The notes under the pieces are model-generated. The model had not been told where the DNA came from. It saw nothing but the letters and a program-made list of their open reading frames with translations, and did not search any database. Position numbers and translations under genes: made by a program. A stretch of DNA of 64,000 nt. It comes from Tubulanus polymorphus. Its lineage: Eukaryota; Animalia; Nemertea. The stretch lies in the NCBI RefSeq assembly GCF_964204645.1, contig NC_134030.1, positions 22,156,210 through 22,220,209 on the forward strand. Direction: 5' to 3'. Of this stretch, positions 36,701-48,257 are shown in pieces. Every line of letters starts with the position of its first letter. Within the stretch, counting starts at the first letter, position 1.

Positions 36701-39700
36701 ATTATTGACCGAAAACATGGCGACCGAGACCGATGTAAAACAACCGCTAAAAACTGATACCGATTCTTCTGAGCAGACCTCTGCTGTGGCATGTGAGGAG
36801 CAGACGGTAATGTGCGAAACTCTGTCTGCTGCGGCATGTGAGAAGACAGCAGGGTGCAAAACTCCATCTGCTGTGGCATGTGAGGAGCAGACGGCAATGT
36901 GCGAAACTCCGTCTGCATTGGCATGTGAGGTGCAGACAATGTGCAAAGCTCCATCTGCTGCGGCAGGTGAGGAGCAGATGGTATACGAAGCTCTGCCTGC
37001 TGTGGCATGTGAGGAGTCCGAAGCTCTGTCTGCCACAAAATCTCAAAACCGATCGAATCTTGATATAGTTCTACAGTTGGTCGTCGCCGGCGACGTGCCG
37101 ACGATCGATGTGGAAACTGTCGACGAAAAACGTTCGACGTCAAAAAACGATGGCGATAACAAAGATGGCGCCACCAGCGACAGTTCGAATAGGTCGTCGA
37201 GTTTAGAGGAAGTTTTACAATCGGTCGTGGAGGGCGTCGCACGTTCGGAAACTGAAAACTCGGACGCCGGGAACGAGAGCAGTTGTAGTTCGAGTTTGGA
37301 AGAAGTGATCTGTTCGGTTGTTCGGGACGGAGTCGTCACGGAGTCACCGTCAAATTCGACGACTCCAAAAAAAGGCGTCGGCCGAACTTCGAATCTGGAG
37401 AACGTTCTAGATTCGGTCGTTAGCGCGAGCCCGGTAGCAGAATCGGGTTTAGAAAACGTTTTGGATTCAATCGCGCGCGTGGAATCGGAGGGAATCGTAG
37501 ACGTTCGTGAACCACGCGGTTTAGTGAACGTTTTGCAATCGGTGGTCGCTGTCGCTCCTCACAAACTCGCGGTCACTACGGCGACGAAATCCAACAAACG
37601 TAAGTCGGAATCAAAATCGAATTTAGAAAGCGTACTTGAATCGGTGGTTTCCGGGGATGTAAATCCTCCAGGCGCCACGGCGAATTCAGCGAAATGTCAG
37701 AAACTATCCGACGATCGCGTCGCCGATTCAGGCCGGTCGAATCTGGAAAAAGTGATGAATTTAGTGATCGAAACAGCGGCAGGCGACAGTGAAATTTCGT
37801 CTGGCATACTTCCGGTGGCTATCGACGCTGACGTACGGAACCCAACAAATAGTGCGCAGAATTTTGTTGAATGGAAAATTTCGAAAAACATCTGCGTTAA
37901 AAAGATTGATTTACCCGTTTTGAAATGCGTGAACGCCGATCGCTTGAGCGTTCACGCAGAACACACGATTACAGGCGATAATTTGAACGCCGTGTCGACC
38001 GGCGTTTTCGAAAAACGGAAAAACGTTGATGACACGATGGAAACAGTTAGAACGGAACTGAATTCTTTCATAATCGAAGAACATGGGAAAAAATCTGAAA
38101 ATTATCCGATTGAAAATGGTGCCGAAGATCTTAAACATAAACATGTGAGTGATGAGAAGGAAAGATCTGACGATGAGAAGGAAACTGAAGATAACGAGGG
38201 TAAGGCGAAGTCGACCTTGTTAGTTGGTGAAAATCCGCGCGGTCAGATTTCTGGTGATTGTGACGACTGCGCCGGAGAACCATCTGATGAACCATCTGAT
38301 GAACCAGTGGAACCGCAGGTTCTACGAGGAAAAATCAATCCTGAAAGTTGTTCCAGTATCGAAGAACCGTTAGAACATAATGTTGCTTGTTCATCACAAG
38401 TCAATGAACCGGATGAGAAACAAGTTCAAGGTAACGCAAATTTTCATCAAGGAAGGGATAATGTTCAAAATGTTTCCGGCGGCTTTGTACTGGACAAACC
38501 ACAAGAACCACTAGTTAAGGGGATTGTAAATGCTGATTTTGATCGGAAAACTGAGGATTTTCAAAATGGTTGCAGCGTCTCTGAACGGGATGAACCCGAT
38601 GAACCAAATGGTCCACTTATCGGCGAAGGAATAAAAGCAGTCGGCGTTGCCGAGCAGAAACTGAGCAATCACGATCGAGATAACTTTGAGACAGGGGCGG
38701 AGACAACCACTCACAGTGAAGATGACATTGAGACAAAGCTAAAACCACCCAATCGCAATGAGGATAACATTAAGAGAGAGCAGGAACCAACCAATCACAG
38801 TGAAGATAACATTGAAGAGGAACCAACCATAAACAGCGAAGAAAACATTGAAACAAAGCCGGAATCAACCAATCACAGTGAAGATAACATTGAGGAGGAA
38901 CCAACCAATCACAGTGAGCATAACATTAAGACGGGGGAGGAGACAACCAATCACAGTGAAGATAACATTGAGGAGGAACCACCCAATCACAGTGAGCATA
39001 ACATTAAGACGGGGGAGGAGACAACCAATCACAGTGAAGATAACATTGTAACAAAGCAGGAATCAACCAATCACAGAGAAGATAACATTGAAACAAAGCA
39101 GGAATCAACCAATCACAGTGAAGATGACATTAAGACAGAGCAGGAACCACACAATCACAGTGAAGATGACATTGAGATTGAGGAGGAATTAACCAATTAC
39201 AGTGAAGATTACATTGAGGAGGAACCACCCAATCACAGTGAGAATAACATTAAGACGGGGGAGGAGACAACCAATCACAGTGAAGATAACATTGAAACAA
39301 AGCAGGAATCAACCAATCACAGAGAAGATAACATTGAAACAAAGCAGGAATCAACCAATCACAGTGAAGATGACATTAAGACAGAGCAGGAACCATACAA
39401 TCACAGTGAAGATGACATTGAGATTGAGGAGGAATTAACCAATTACAGTGAAGATTACATTGAGATTGTGGAGGAATCAACCAATCATAGTGAAGATAAC
39501 AATAGCACAGAGCTAGAACCACCCGAGACTGAGGAAGAACCACCCTATCACACTGAAGATAACGTCGTTGATTCTGCAGTCAGTGAGGCAGACGGACCTG
39601 ACCAAAATCCGACCAATCACACTGAAGATAACATTGTTGATTCTGGGGTCAGTGAGGCAGACAAAACCGACCAAAATCTGACCAATCACAATGAAGATAA

Positions 39701-42700
39701 CATCGTTGATTCTGGGGTGAGTGAGGCAGACAGAACTGACCAAAATCTGACCAATCACGGTGAAGATAACATCGTTGATTCTGGGGTCAGTGAAGCAGAC
39801 AGAACTGACGAAGATCCAGCCAATCACAATGAAGATAACATCATGGATTCTGCGCTCAGTGAGGCAGATGCAACTGTGCAACAACCGACCAATTGCAGTG
39901 AAGATAACATCGTTGATTCTGGGGTCAGTGAAGCAGACAGAACTGATGAAGATCCAGCCAATCACAATGAAGATAACATCATGGATTCTGCGCTCAGTGA
40001 GGCAGATGCAACTATGCAACAACTGACCAATTGCAGTGAAGATAACATCGTTGATTCTGCTGTCAGTGAGGCAGACAGAATTGGCCAAAATCTGACCAAT
40101 CATAGTGAAGATAACATTGTTGATTCTATGCTCAGTGAAGCAGACGCAACTGTGCAACAACCGACCAATCACAGTGAAGATAACATCGTAGACGACAGAG
40201 TTGATAACGAGGCTGATGGAATGATTCAAATTGAAGACAATGACAATATATCGTCGTCGAACGACCATCAGAATGAGGTCAACGCAGAGGAATCGGTCGG
40301 ATGCTCGATGAATCTGAACAATAACGCGACTGTCAACGATTCCGATTCACGCGAATTAGCGGATAGCACGAGTTTCCGCCTGATTACGACTATAGATGGC
40401 GATAGCGCGACGTTGAAAGAGATGGTCTCCAGTTCGAGCGAGTGTTATTCCCGGCGCGCACCAGAGCCGGACCAATCATCAGCAGACACGATTCCCGAAT
40501 CGTCGATTCTAGTCACCTCGAATAATTCGTCGTCTGCTTGTCGTGAAATCTGCCGATCGAACTCTACGCTAGCGTATGCGGAAATATGCATAGCGACGTC
40601 GTCCTGTAACCTAGCAACCAGTGCGGGAGGCGGTATTGTTTCAAATTCTCCGACAAATTCAAGAATTTCGAATTCTCCGTTTTCGAACCGTTATCAGGCG
40701 GATTCATCGTTTACAGCTGCAGCAGATGAGAGGCTGGACGTGGCAATGACGCAGGATGCTTACATCACTTCAGCCGGGAGCGATCACCGAAGGATCAGTT
40801 CCGGTGATCGAGATCAACGACTGGTCAGTTCGGCTGGTAGCGATCAACGATCGGTCAGTTCAGCTGGGCGTGATCAACGATCGGTCAGTTCAGCTCTGAG
40901 CGATCAACGACTGGTCAGTTCAGCTGGAAGCGATCAACCACCGGTCAGTTCAGCTGGTAGCGATCAACAATCAGTCAGTTCGGCCGGTAGTGATCAAGGA
41001 ACGGTCAGTTCGGCCGGTAGTGATCATGGACCGGTCAGTTCAGCTGGGAGTGATCAACGACCGGTCAGTTCGGCTGGTAGCGATCAAGGACCGGTCAGTT
41101 CAGCCGGTAGCAATCAAGGACCGGTCAGTCCAGCTGGGAGCGATCAAGGACCGGTCAGTTCGGCTGGGAGTGATCAAGGACCCGTCAGTTCAGCCGGTAG
41201 TGATCAAGGACCGGTCAGTTTGGCCGATTGCGATCAACAACTGGTCAGTTCAGCCGGTAGCAATCAACGACCGGTCAGTTCAGCCGGTAGCAATCAACGA
41301 CCGGTCAGTTCAGCCGGTAGCGATCAAGGACCGGTCAGTTCAGCTGGGAGTGATCAACGACTGGTCAGTTCAGCCGGTAGCAATCAACGACCGGTCAGTT
41401 CAGCCGGTAGTGATCAAGGACTAGTATTAGACAGTTCGGCTGATCGAACTCAAGGTCAGTGGAGCTGCGATGATCTCGTGTCTGGTTCTAGAGACAACAA
41501 TCCGTATCCAGATTCTCCGAGTATCAATACAATGGTTGATACCGATTGTCTGGTATCGAGTGTCGATGATCAGATTACATCTGATACTCGATTGATTCCC
41601 GATTCGTTCAGCCCGATCGCCGATTCTGCATCGAATCTACGCGTTCACGAGGGAATCTTCGATTCTTCGAACGATCACAACAGAATCGACGATTCAGGTT
41701 CTGAGGCGGTTTCCTCGTGCGATCGTAGCGTTATTTACGATTCAGTCGCCGCCGATTCCTACGATTCGGTAACCGTTTCTTCTTGCCAACCGCGCGGAAT
41801 CGAAGCGTTGATTCTCGAAGACGACGATGGCGATTCCTCCGTCTCGCGGCCGTTTCCCGTCTCTCAAACGGATTCGTTACCGGATTCTCCGGCGCCTCCG
41901 AGCACTCCGAGCTCGTCTGACGATTCCTCCATCGTTGATCCGCTCCTCGCCGACAACTCCTGCATCCCGCGTTCGCCTCCGTCGGATTTCGTGAATAACG
42001 AATCGCAGATTCCCGACACGTCGTCGACGTTTGTCGCTGAGTCGCCGTTGATGTCCGATCGTCTGCAGTACGTCGACAGTCCGCTGATGCCGACGACGCC
42101 GGCCGCGATGTCCGATTCTTCCGACTTCGCGATCGCGTCGCGCGATCTCCTCGACGTCGATTCATCGGAGAACGACGAAGAAGATATTCGAATTTCGAAT
42201 TTAACGGCCGTTTCGGCGGATTCGCGCGACGACGACGACCGTTCGAATTCTTCGGAAACGACAACAATGCCGGATACGTCATCGCGTACGAATCGTAGTG
42301 AAACCCGATTCCTCGGTTCAGAGATGATCGCCGATAGATTGTCTCCATCGCGAGTTCCCGATTCCTCTCGTCAGACGTTTGAATCCGACATTACGAACTC
42401 TGATTCAAATTTAAAACGACCTTCACCCGACAGACAACATTCCGTAGCAGACGACATTCCTTATTTGGACATTTCTTCGAATCGCTGCGAAATTGACCGG
42501 AATGGCGGACTCGGCGATGAAACGAATCGGGAATCTCGTCGGGAATATTCACCGGTTGCGGTTGATTCGTTATTAGATATGATTCAGTCAAATTCGCCCC
42601 GCTTGCTCACCGGTGAATCGACAGATGAACGGATTCTCGATTCACCCGTAAATGATTCGATTGATGATGTGAATCGTAATCTAACAAATTCCCATTTACA

Positions 42701-44960
42701 GGATTCATTGGAGTCTTTAGAGTCCCCTGACAAACCTGTGGAGTCCTCTGACTTACTGGAGTCACAAAACACAGATAAAACAATGGAGTCCTTCCCTGAC
42801 TTACTGGAGTCACAAGAGACAGACAAACCTGTAGATACCCCTGACTCTTTGGAGTCACAAGACGTAGACCCTTCTCAGGAGTCCTATGACTCAGTTGAGT
42901 CAGTATTTGGGTTAAAACAGTCTGACTTCCCTCTGAAAGAGGAGTCACCAGAAACAGATAAACCTGTGAAGTCCCTCAACTCACTGAAGTCACATCTATT
43001 GGAGTCCTCCCAGGTGGAGTCCCCTCCAATGGAGACCGTCCTGGAGCTCAACCTGCTTGACTCTCCGATACAGTCACAAGCAGAGCTGAGCCGACCTGAC
43101 GTCGACCTTCAATCGAACACTGAAAATCATGAATCAACGCTCATTGAGTCGACTCTACGGACTGTCAGATCATTGCCTGCCGATTCCCGTGCTCCTAATT
43201 CTATGACTCTTGAGTCTCTAGAATGTGAGACTGATGACAACGTTGTGACTCTTTCACCACAATTAATAGAGTCGCAAAATAACAACAACATAGAAACGAA
43301 AGAGTTTTCTACAACAACCATTCCAGTTGAGGACTCCAGAGTCAATTCCCTCAGAGATTCCCCTCCAGTTGAGGACTCCAGAGTCAATTCCCTCAGAGAT
43401 TCCCCTCCAGTTGAGGACTCCAGAGTCAATTCCCTGAGAGATTCCCCTCCAGTTGAGGACTCCAAAGTCAATTCCCTGAGAGATTCCCCTCCAGTTGAGG
43501 ACTCCAAAGTCAATTCCCTGAGAGATTCCCCTCTAGGTGAGGACTCCATTGTCCGAAGAGATTCCCCTTTAGCTGCCGACTCCAGAGTCAATTCATTGGA
43601 ATCGAATGAACTGTTAGAAATACTGGATAGGACTCCGGAGTCTTTAGTCATCGATGAGGTTCCCGTAGATGTACCATCGGCCGCCGCCAGTGACGTAACG
43701 AATAGCAGCGACGAAAGTTCGAATTTCGAATTCGGCTCGAAAACTTCACCCGGGGCTAAAGACGTGAACAGTAATGATTCATCCGTCTGCTATTCACAGT
43801 GCCATCTACTGGACAAACGAGAAATCAATGAAAATATCGTTACAGCTTTACCGCAGAATTTCATCACCGATTCTCTGCGGAATCTGGTCACCGATTCACC
43901 ACGGAATCTCGCCGCCGATTCGCTGAGGAATCTTGTATCGCCCGTTTCGTCGTCTAACAATGATGGTTACTACGGTAACATTATGGATTTGAATTCACGA
44001 ACGACCGATCTCGCGTCTGCCGGTATAACCAGTTCGGTTATGTTAACGTGCGGTCCGAATCCGAGTCCGTGTAGTTCGATGTTTAGCGACGAGGTGTCGG
44101 ACGACGGCGACACCGGCGACGATCTATCGAGCGCGATCGACCGAATCGTCACGGTGATCTCCGATAACGAGTGCAGTTCGAATTTCGTCGGTCGCCCGAT
44201 CGTGTTCCCGAAATTAAAAACGCCGCCCCCTAGCGTCGGCGTCGCGAATCAACATGCGTTCCCGTCGAGATCGGCGGGGAGTAACCGCGCCCGAACCTGT
44301 ACGATAACCCGTGCGTACCCGCCACCTGAACAGTCACCAGGGGGCGCTGCAAAATGTACAGATCAGTCGCCTGTTAGTGTTAGTAATATTATCGATCAGA
44401 CACCAGGGGGCGTTAGTAATATTACCAGTCAGACACTAGGGGGCGTTAGTAATGTCACCAATCAGTCACTAGGGGGCGTGAGTAATATTACCAGTCAGAC
44501 ACTAGGAGGCATTAGTAATATCACCAATCAGACACTAGGGTGCGTTAGTAATATCACCAATCAGACACTAGGGGGCGTTAGTAATATCACTAATCAGTCA
44601 CTAGGGGGCAGTAATAATGGCGATGAGGCAACTGGTTTTATGGGATTAGCCCCCGACCCGCTCGGACTAGACCAACCGAAAAACTACAACGCAGCAATTT
44701 ATGAAGTGACTAGCAGTTCGCCGTCTGCTCGCATGACGCATTTACCGCTCGATTCTGGCATCGTTCCAAGTGACGATGCACTCGATTTTCGTCGAACTTA
44801 TGCAAATATAGGCGGCGTTACTGTACCGTTAGCGGGCAACAACAACGTCGCCGTGGTTACTGAAAAATCGGCGCACGTTTGGAATATGAGTTCGTTGCCG
44901 GCAGTTTCTTCATCTTCGAATGACGTCAACAATGTCGGTCAGTTTACGTTGTTGCCATGA
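30798..44960 (+). CDS. BBX: HMG-box transcription factor BBX (bobby sox), about 3,600-3,700 aa. Exons 30798-31025, 31434-31650, 32068-32282, 32460-33889, 34385-34531, 34955-35112, 35681-35845, 36631-44960
   Basis: HMG box [15 protein letters not shown]...[15 protein letters not shown]...[14 protein letters not shown] is BBX-type. BBX-like motifs [20 protein letters not shown] and [16 protein letters not shown] follow. All junctions are phase-compatible, including the one into the 8.3-kb terminal exon, whose inclusion is less certain. Confidence 0.85.
31080..31362. repeat. 20-bp minisatellite CAGTTCCACAGTTCTGAACC
   Basis: About 13 copies; an inverted array of the same family lies at 53908-54237. 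Confidence 0.9.
38665..40190 (+). repeat. Coding repeats TNHSEDNI (36-69-bp units with higher-order duplications) in the BBX terminal exon
   Basis: accaatcacagtgaagataacattg recurs about 30 times, all in frame. Confidence 0.92.
40765..41420 (+). repeat. 30-bp coding repeat ([10 protein letters not shown]), about 21 copies
   Basis: Unit ccggtcagttcagccggtagcgatcaagga. Confidence 0.93.
43323..43595 (+). repeat. 42-bp coding repeat ([14 protein letters not shown]), 5-6 copies
   Basis: Near-identical units ccagttgaggactccagagtcaattccctcagagattcccct. Confidence 0.93.
44331..44612 (+). repeat. 33-bp coding repeat ([11 protein letters not shown]), about 8 copies, containing CTCF-like motifs
   Basis: CACYAGGGGGC at 44335, 44401, 44434, 44467, 44566 and 44599. 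Confidence 0.85.
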
Positions 44961-45061
44961 CGTTAGGCCGTTTAATATTCACATCGTGTTCAAATTCGTT
45001 AAATTTGTATTTATATCGATATGTGCTCTTCTTGTTTTTCATGCATGTGACTGTACGAGTC

Positions 45062-45445
45062 CAGGGTTCCTACAACTCCTTGATTCCTTAGAAATCCTAG
45101 ACTGAAAATGCCTTTAAAAATCCTTCAATTTTGATAAATACCTATTAGAAATGTTTGTATAGTTTAAGTTGTACAGTAGACTATTACCTAAATCAGTACA
45201 GTTAGGAACACGATTTGTGTTTTCCCTAATTTTAGGTGGTTACGGAATTATGAACTGACTTTAGTTAGTGTATGAAAATTAGCTTTTAAAACCACTGAAT
45301 TAACAATTAACGGATATAAACAGTACTGATTTAGGAGGAGTCTGCGGTTATTGGGATATGAAAGTGATGCAGACACTTCTCGAAATTTGAAATTCCGCGA
45401 AAACTCCACAAATCCAGGAATAATGAACGATCTGTAGGGATCCTG
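45062..45445. mobile_element. hAT5-like MITE with 5-bp TSD GAGTC, in the BBX 3'UTR region
   Basis: gagtc|CAGGGTTCCTACA ... TGTAGGGATCCTG|gagtc. Confidence 0.85.
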
Positions 45446-47793
45446 GAGTCACATGCGCCTGTAGACGTCACATGTGCCTGTAGATGTCACATGTGCATGT
45501 ATGACATACATGCGCATGTTTGTTAGTGTAATGTCCGTGTACATGTAAAAAACCTGCACCCGGTTCCACAGTTGTGAGGTGACGATTGACTACGAGTTAA
45601 AAATAATTAAGAATTGTAAACTCAAAACCTCTCTCAAGCTGCCGAACTGTCACTCTGCCGGACATAAGCATTTAAAGTCGTTATAGTATGTTTACGTTGT
45701 TGCCTAGCAACCTGCAATAATCTTCGTAAACTGTTAGTAAGTTTTGAATCTCTGGTTTCAGTTTTTTGTTTATCGTGAATTTCCTTTCGAAAAAATTCGA
45801 GTAAATTCGCTAGAAATTTATTGTTATGTTCCTTCCACGAGTACTTTTAGATATAGCTAGTTACTGAATTCCGCTATGAGAAATGTTTACCATTCAATGG
45901 CATTTTAAGGAATTCATTCATTGCGGGATTCAGTTCCACAGTTGAATCGTGGAACTGTGGAATTGTGGAACTGTGTCTCGGCTATACTGTAGTGTTACTA
46001 TAGTCCGTTTGTAATTTATTGAATCGCTTCATTCTACTTAAAAGATTAATCTATTGTATGTATATCATATAGACTATATTGTATGCGGTATGCTGTATAC
46101 TGTATGCTGTATGCTGTATGCTGATTGTTGAAAATGTAAATACTTTACAGAAAATATCAAAACTATATTTATTTCATAAGAATTGATAGTCGTTTGGTAT
46201 TTATTGGTTTTTTGGAGTCTCGGAAATTATTTATCGAATATTGGATGGGTGTCCCGGGTTCGAACCCAGTAATTACTGGGAGATTCTGATACTGAGTGGT
46301 CCTAGTGTGAATAGAGGATGTACAGGGTTGTCCCGGGTTTGAACCCAGTGAGTTGCTGATACTGATTGGAGAGTGGCCCTGGTACAGGGTTGTCCCGTGT
46401 TTGAAGTAGTTGATTGTTTACCATTCAACTTTCGAAAGTAGTTTAGAATTCACGTTTAGAATTGAATGCCGAAGGTTTCAGAGCATTACGCTGCCTTAGA
46501 TGTGCATACTCAAGCTACCCGGCGCAACAGCCCGCAGCTTTATCTAGTTCGATAAAATTCCGCCAGGGGACCGTACGATTTTGCCTGAAACCGCTATAGT
46601 GGCAGTCGAGGATTCTACCTCTGGCAGTCGGAGTTCGCGGCGTATAAGAAAATCCGAGAAATGTCAACAAAACGTGATTTTTCACTTTTGAAATTTCATA
46701 ATGAACTCTAAATAAAGTGAAACTCGAAATATAAACCGAAAAAGCTTTTTAAAAGAAATGAATTTCAATGTTTTTGTAGTATTTATAGTCGTGTCCACGG
46801 TAACCATCGCTGCGGGACTTATGTTGCTGATCATGTGACCAGAAATTTTAATGGCGGCCAAAACAACGAAATAAAAACTGAAAGAATTTCGAGAAAACAA
46901 TTCGTCGAGATGGGATCTTAAACAGGTCAGAATTCTGAAACTGATAACTGGAAATTGAACTCGAGCATTTCACACGACTGATTAAAGGTTTTGTAAGGTT
47001 CCTCTTCGAGTAACGGTTTCGTGTTTGAGCTAAGAGGAGAAAGATTTTTAGTGGGCCTATTTTTTTTGGAGAAGGCAAAAAAAGGCACAATCTTTCTTTC
47101 CTTCTCAATTATCAGTAACCTGGGGTTGAGTGTCATGATCGGATATTTTCACAAACCACATAATAGTGCAAGCCCATCCGATTAGCTTTTAAGTTTCCAC
47201 CAACGATTGTCACTTCTCCAGGCTCGCGTCCCATCATGGTATTGGTAGGTGTGGTAATGTATGAGAACTGTCCAGTCTTGGACTCGGTTGAGTGAGAAGA
47301 GAATGTGTTGTCTCCAACCCCAAACTTTTGTCTAGGCCTTGGTAAGAAGGGAGAGCAAGATGGAACCTGGAACTAAGAGAACCAGGATCTCAAATTCACC
47401 TTACCATTACACTAGGCAAACCACGGGGGCTTGTCCCAGTATCCTAGGACTACTAGGTACCACATTAGAAAAGGTTCTTTTTTATAGGCGGTACCTGATA
47501 CTGGGTTGAATCTTTGATTTTGGACCCCCAGCTATCGCGTCGAGCCGCTGTTGTGAGGCAAACAGGTTTGTCGCTGACCTGGAAAACTCTTGGAATTTGA
47601 CAAATTTGACGAAGAGAACTTGGCACACTCGGGGAGTTCTGATAACGCTATTGACCGTGGGTTTCTTTATCAATACGTGATTCAATGAAAAATGAATTTT
47701 TTAAATCTAGAAATTTCTCTGATTCATTCTGGAAATTTTGTGTAATCACATGGAAAACTCATTAGTAAATGGTCAGAGTCAAATCGTAACTCA

Positions 47794-47903
47794 GGGTCCA
47801 GTTCCACAGTTCCGAGTTAAGATTTGACTCTGGGTTAACTCATTGAAAATGAACTAACTTTAACTCAGAGTTAACTCTAACTCACAACTGTGGAACTGGG
47901 CCC
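47794..47903. mobile_element. ~110-bp MITE with GGTCCAGTTCCACAGTT TIRs
   Basis: gggtccagttccacagtt...aactgtggaactgggccc, followed immediately by an extra TIR copy. Confidence 0.75.
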
Positions 47904-48257
47904 TGAACTGTGGAACTGGACCCAGGGGATGAGTAAGTGGTCAGAAACTAGCCGCTCAGCTGTCAAAGTATTCGCGCATTTTTATTGCTAACCGAGGTTA
48001 CGTATTTGAAGTCAAAATTTTTTTTTATAAAAAATATGTAAAATATGACTCTAGAAGGTATTTATAACTGATATAACATGATTTCAAGTGTTAAAAACGA
48101 TAAGGAATAAATAAATATGTTATATTTAATTTCATCTCGGTTGATCTCAGCTGTCCGCGCAATTAAACTATTAAATATTTTCTTGCAGAGAACGAAAGAA
48201 ACAACAAAAAAATCAACGAAAAAATAGTATTTCAACCGAAGCGTTGATTTATTGATT

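Noticed and set aside
36588-44960. The 2790-aa ORF as an independent or viral gene
   Set aside because: Its first codons are a polypyrimidine tract and acceptor in phase with BBX exon 7, and no enzymatic or viral domains were seen.
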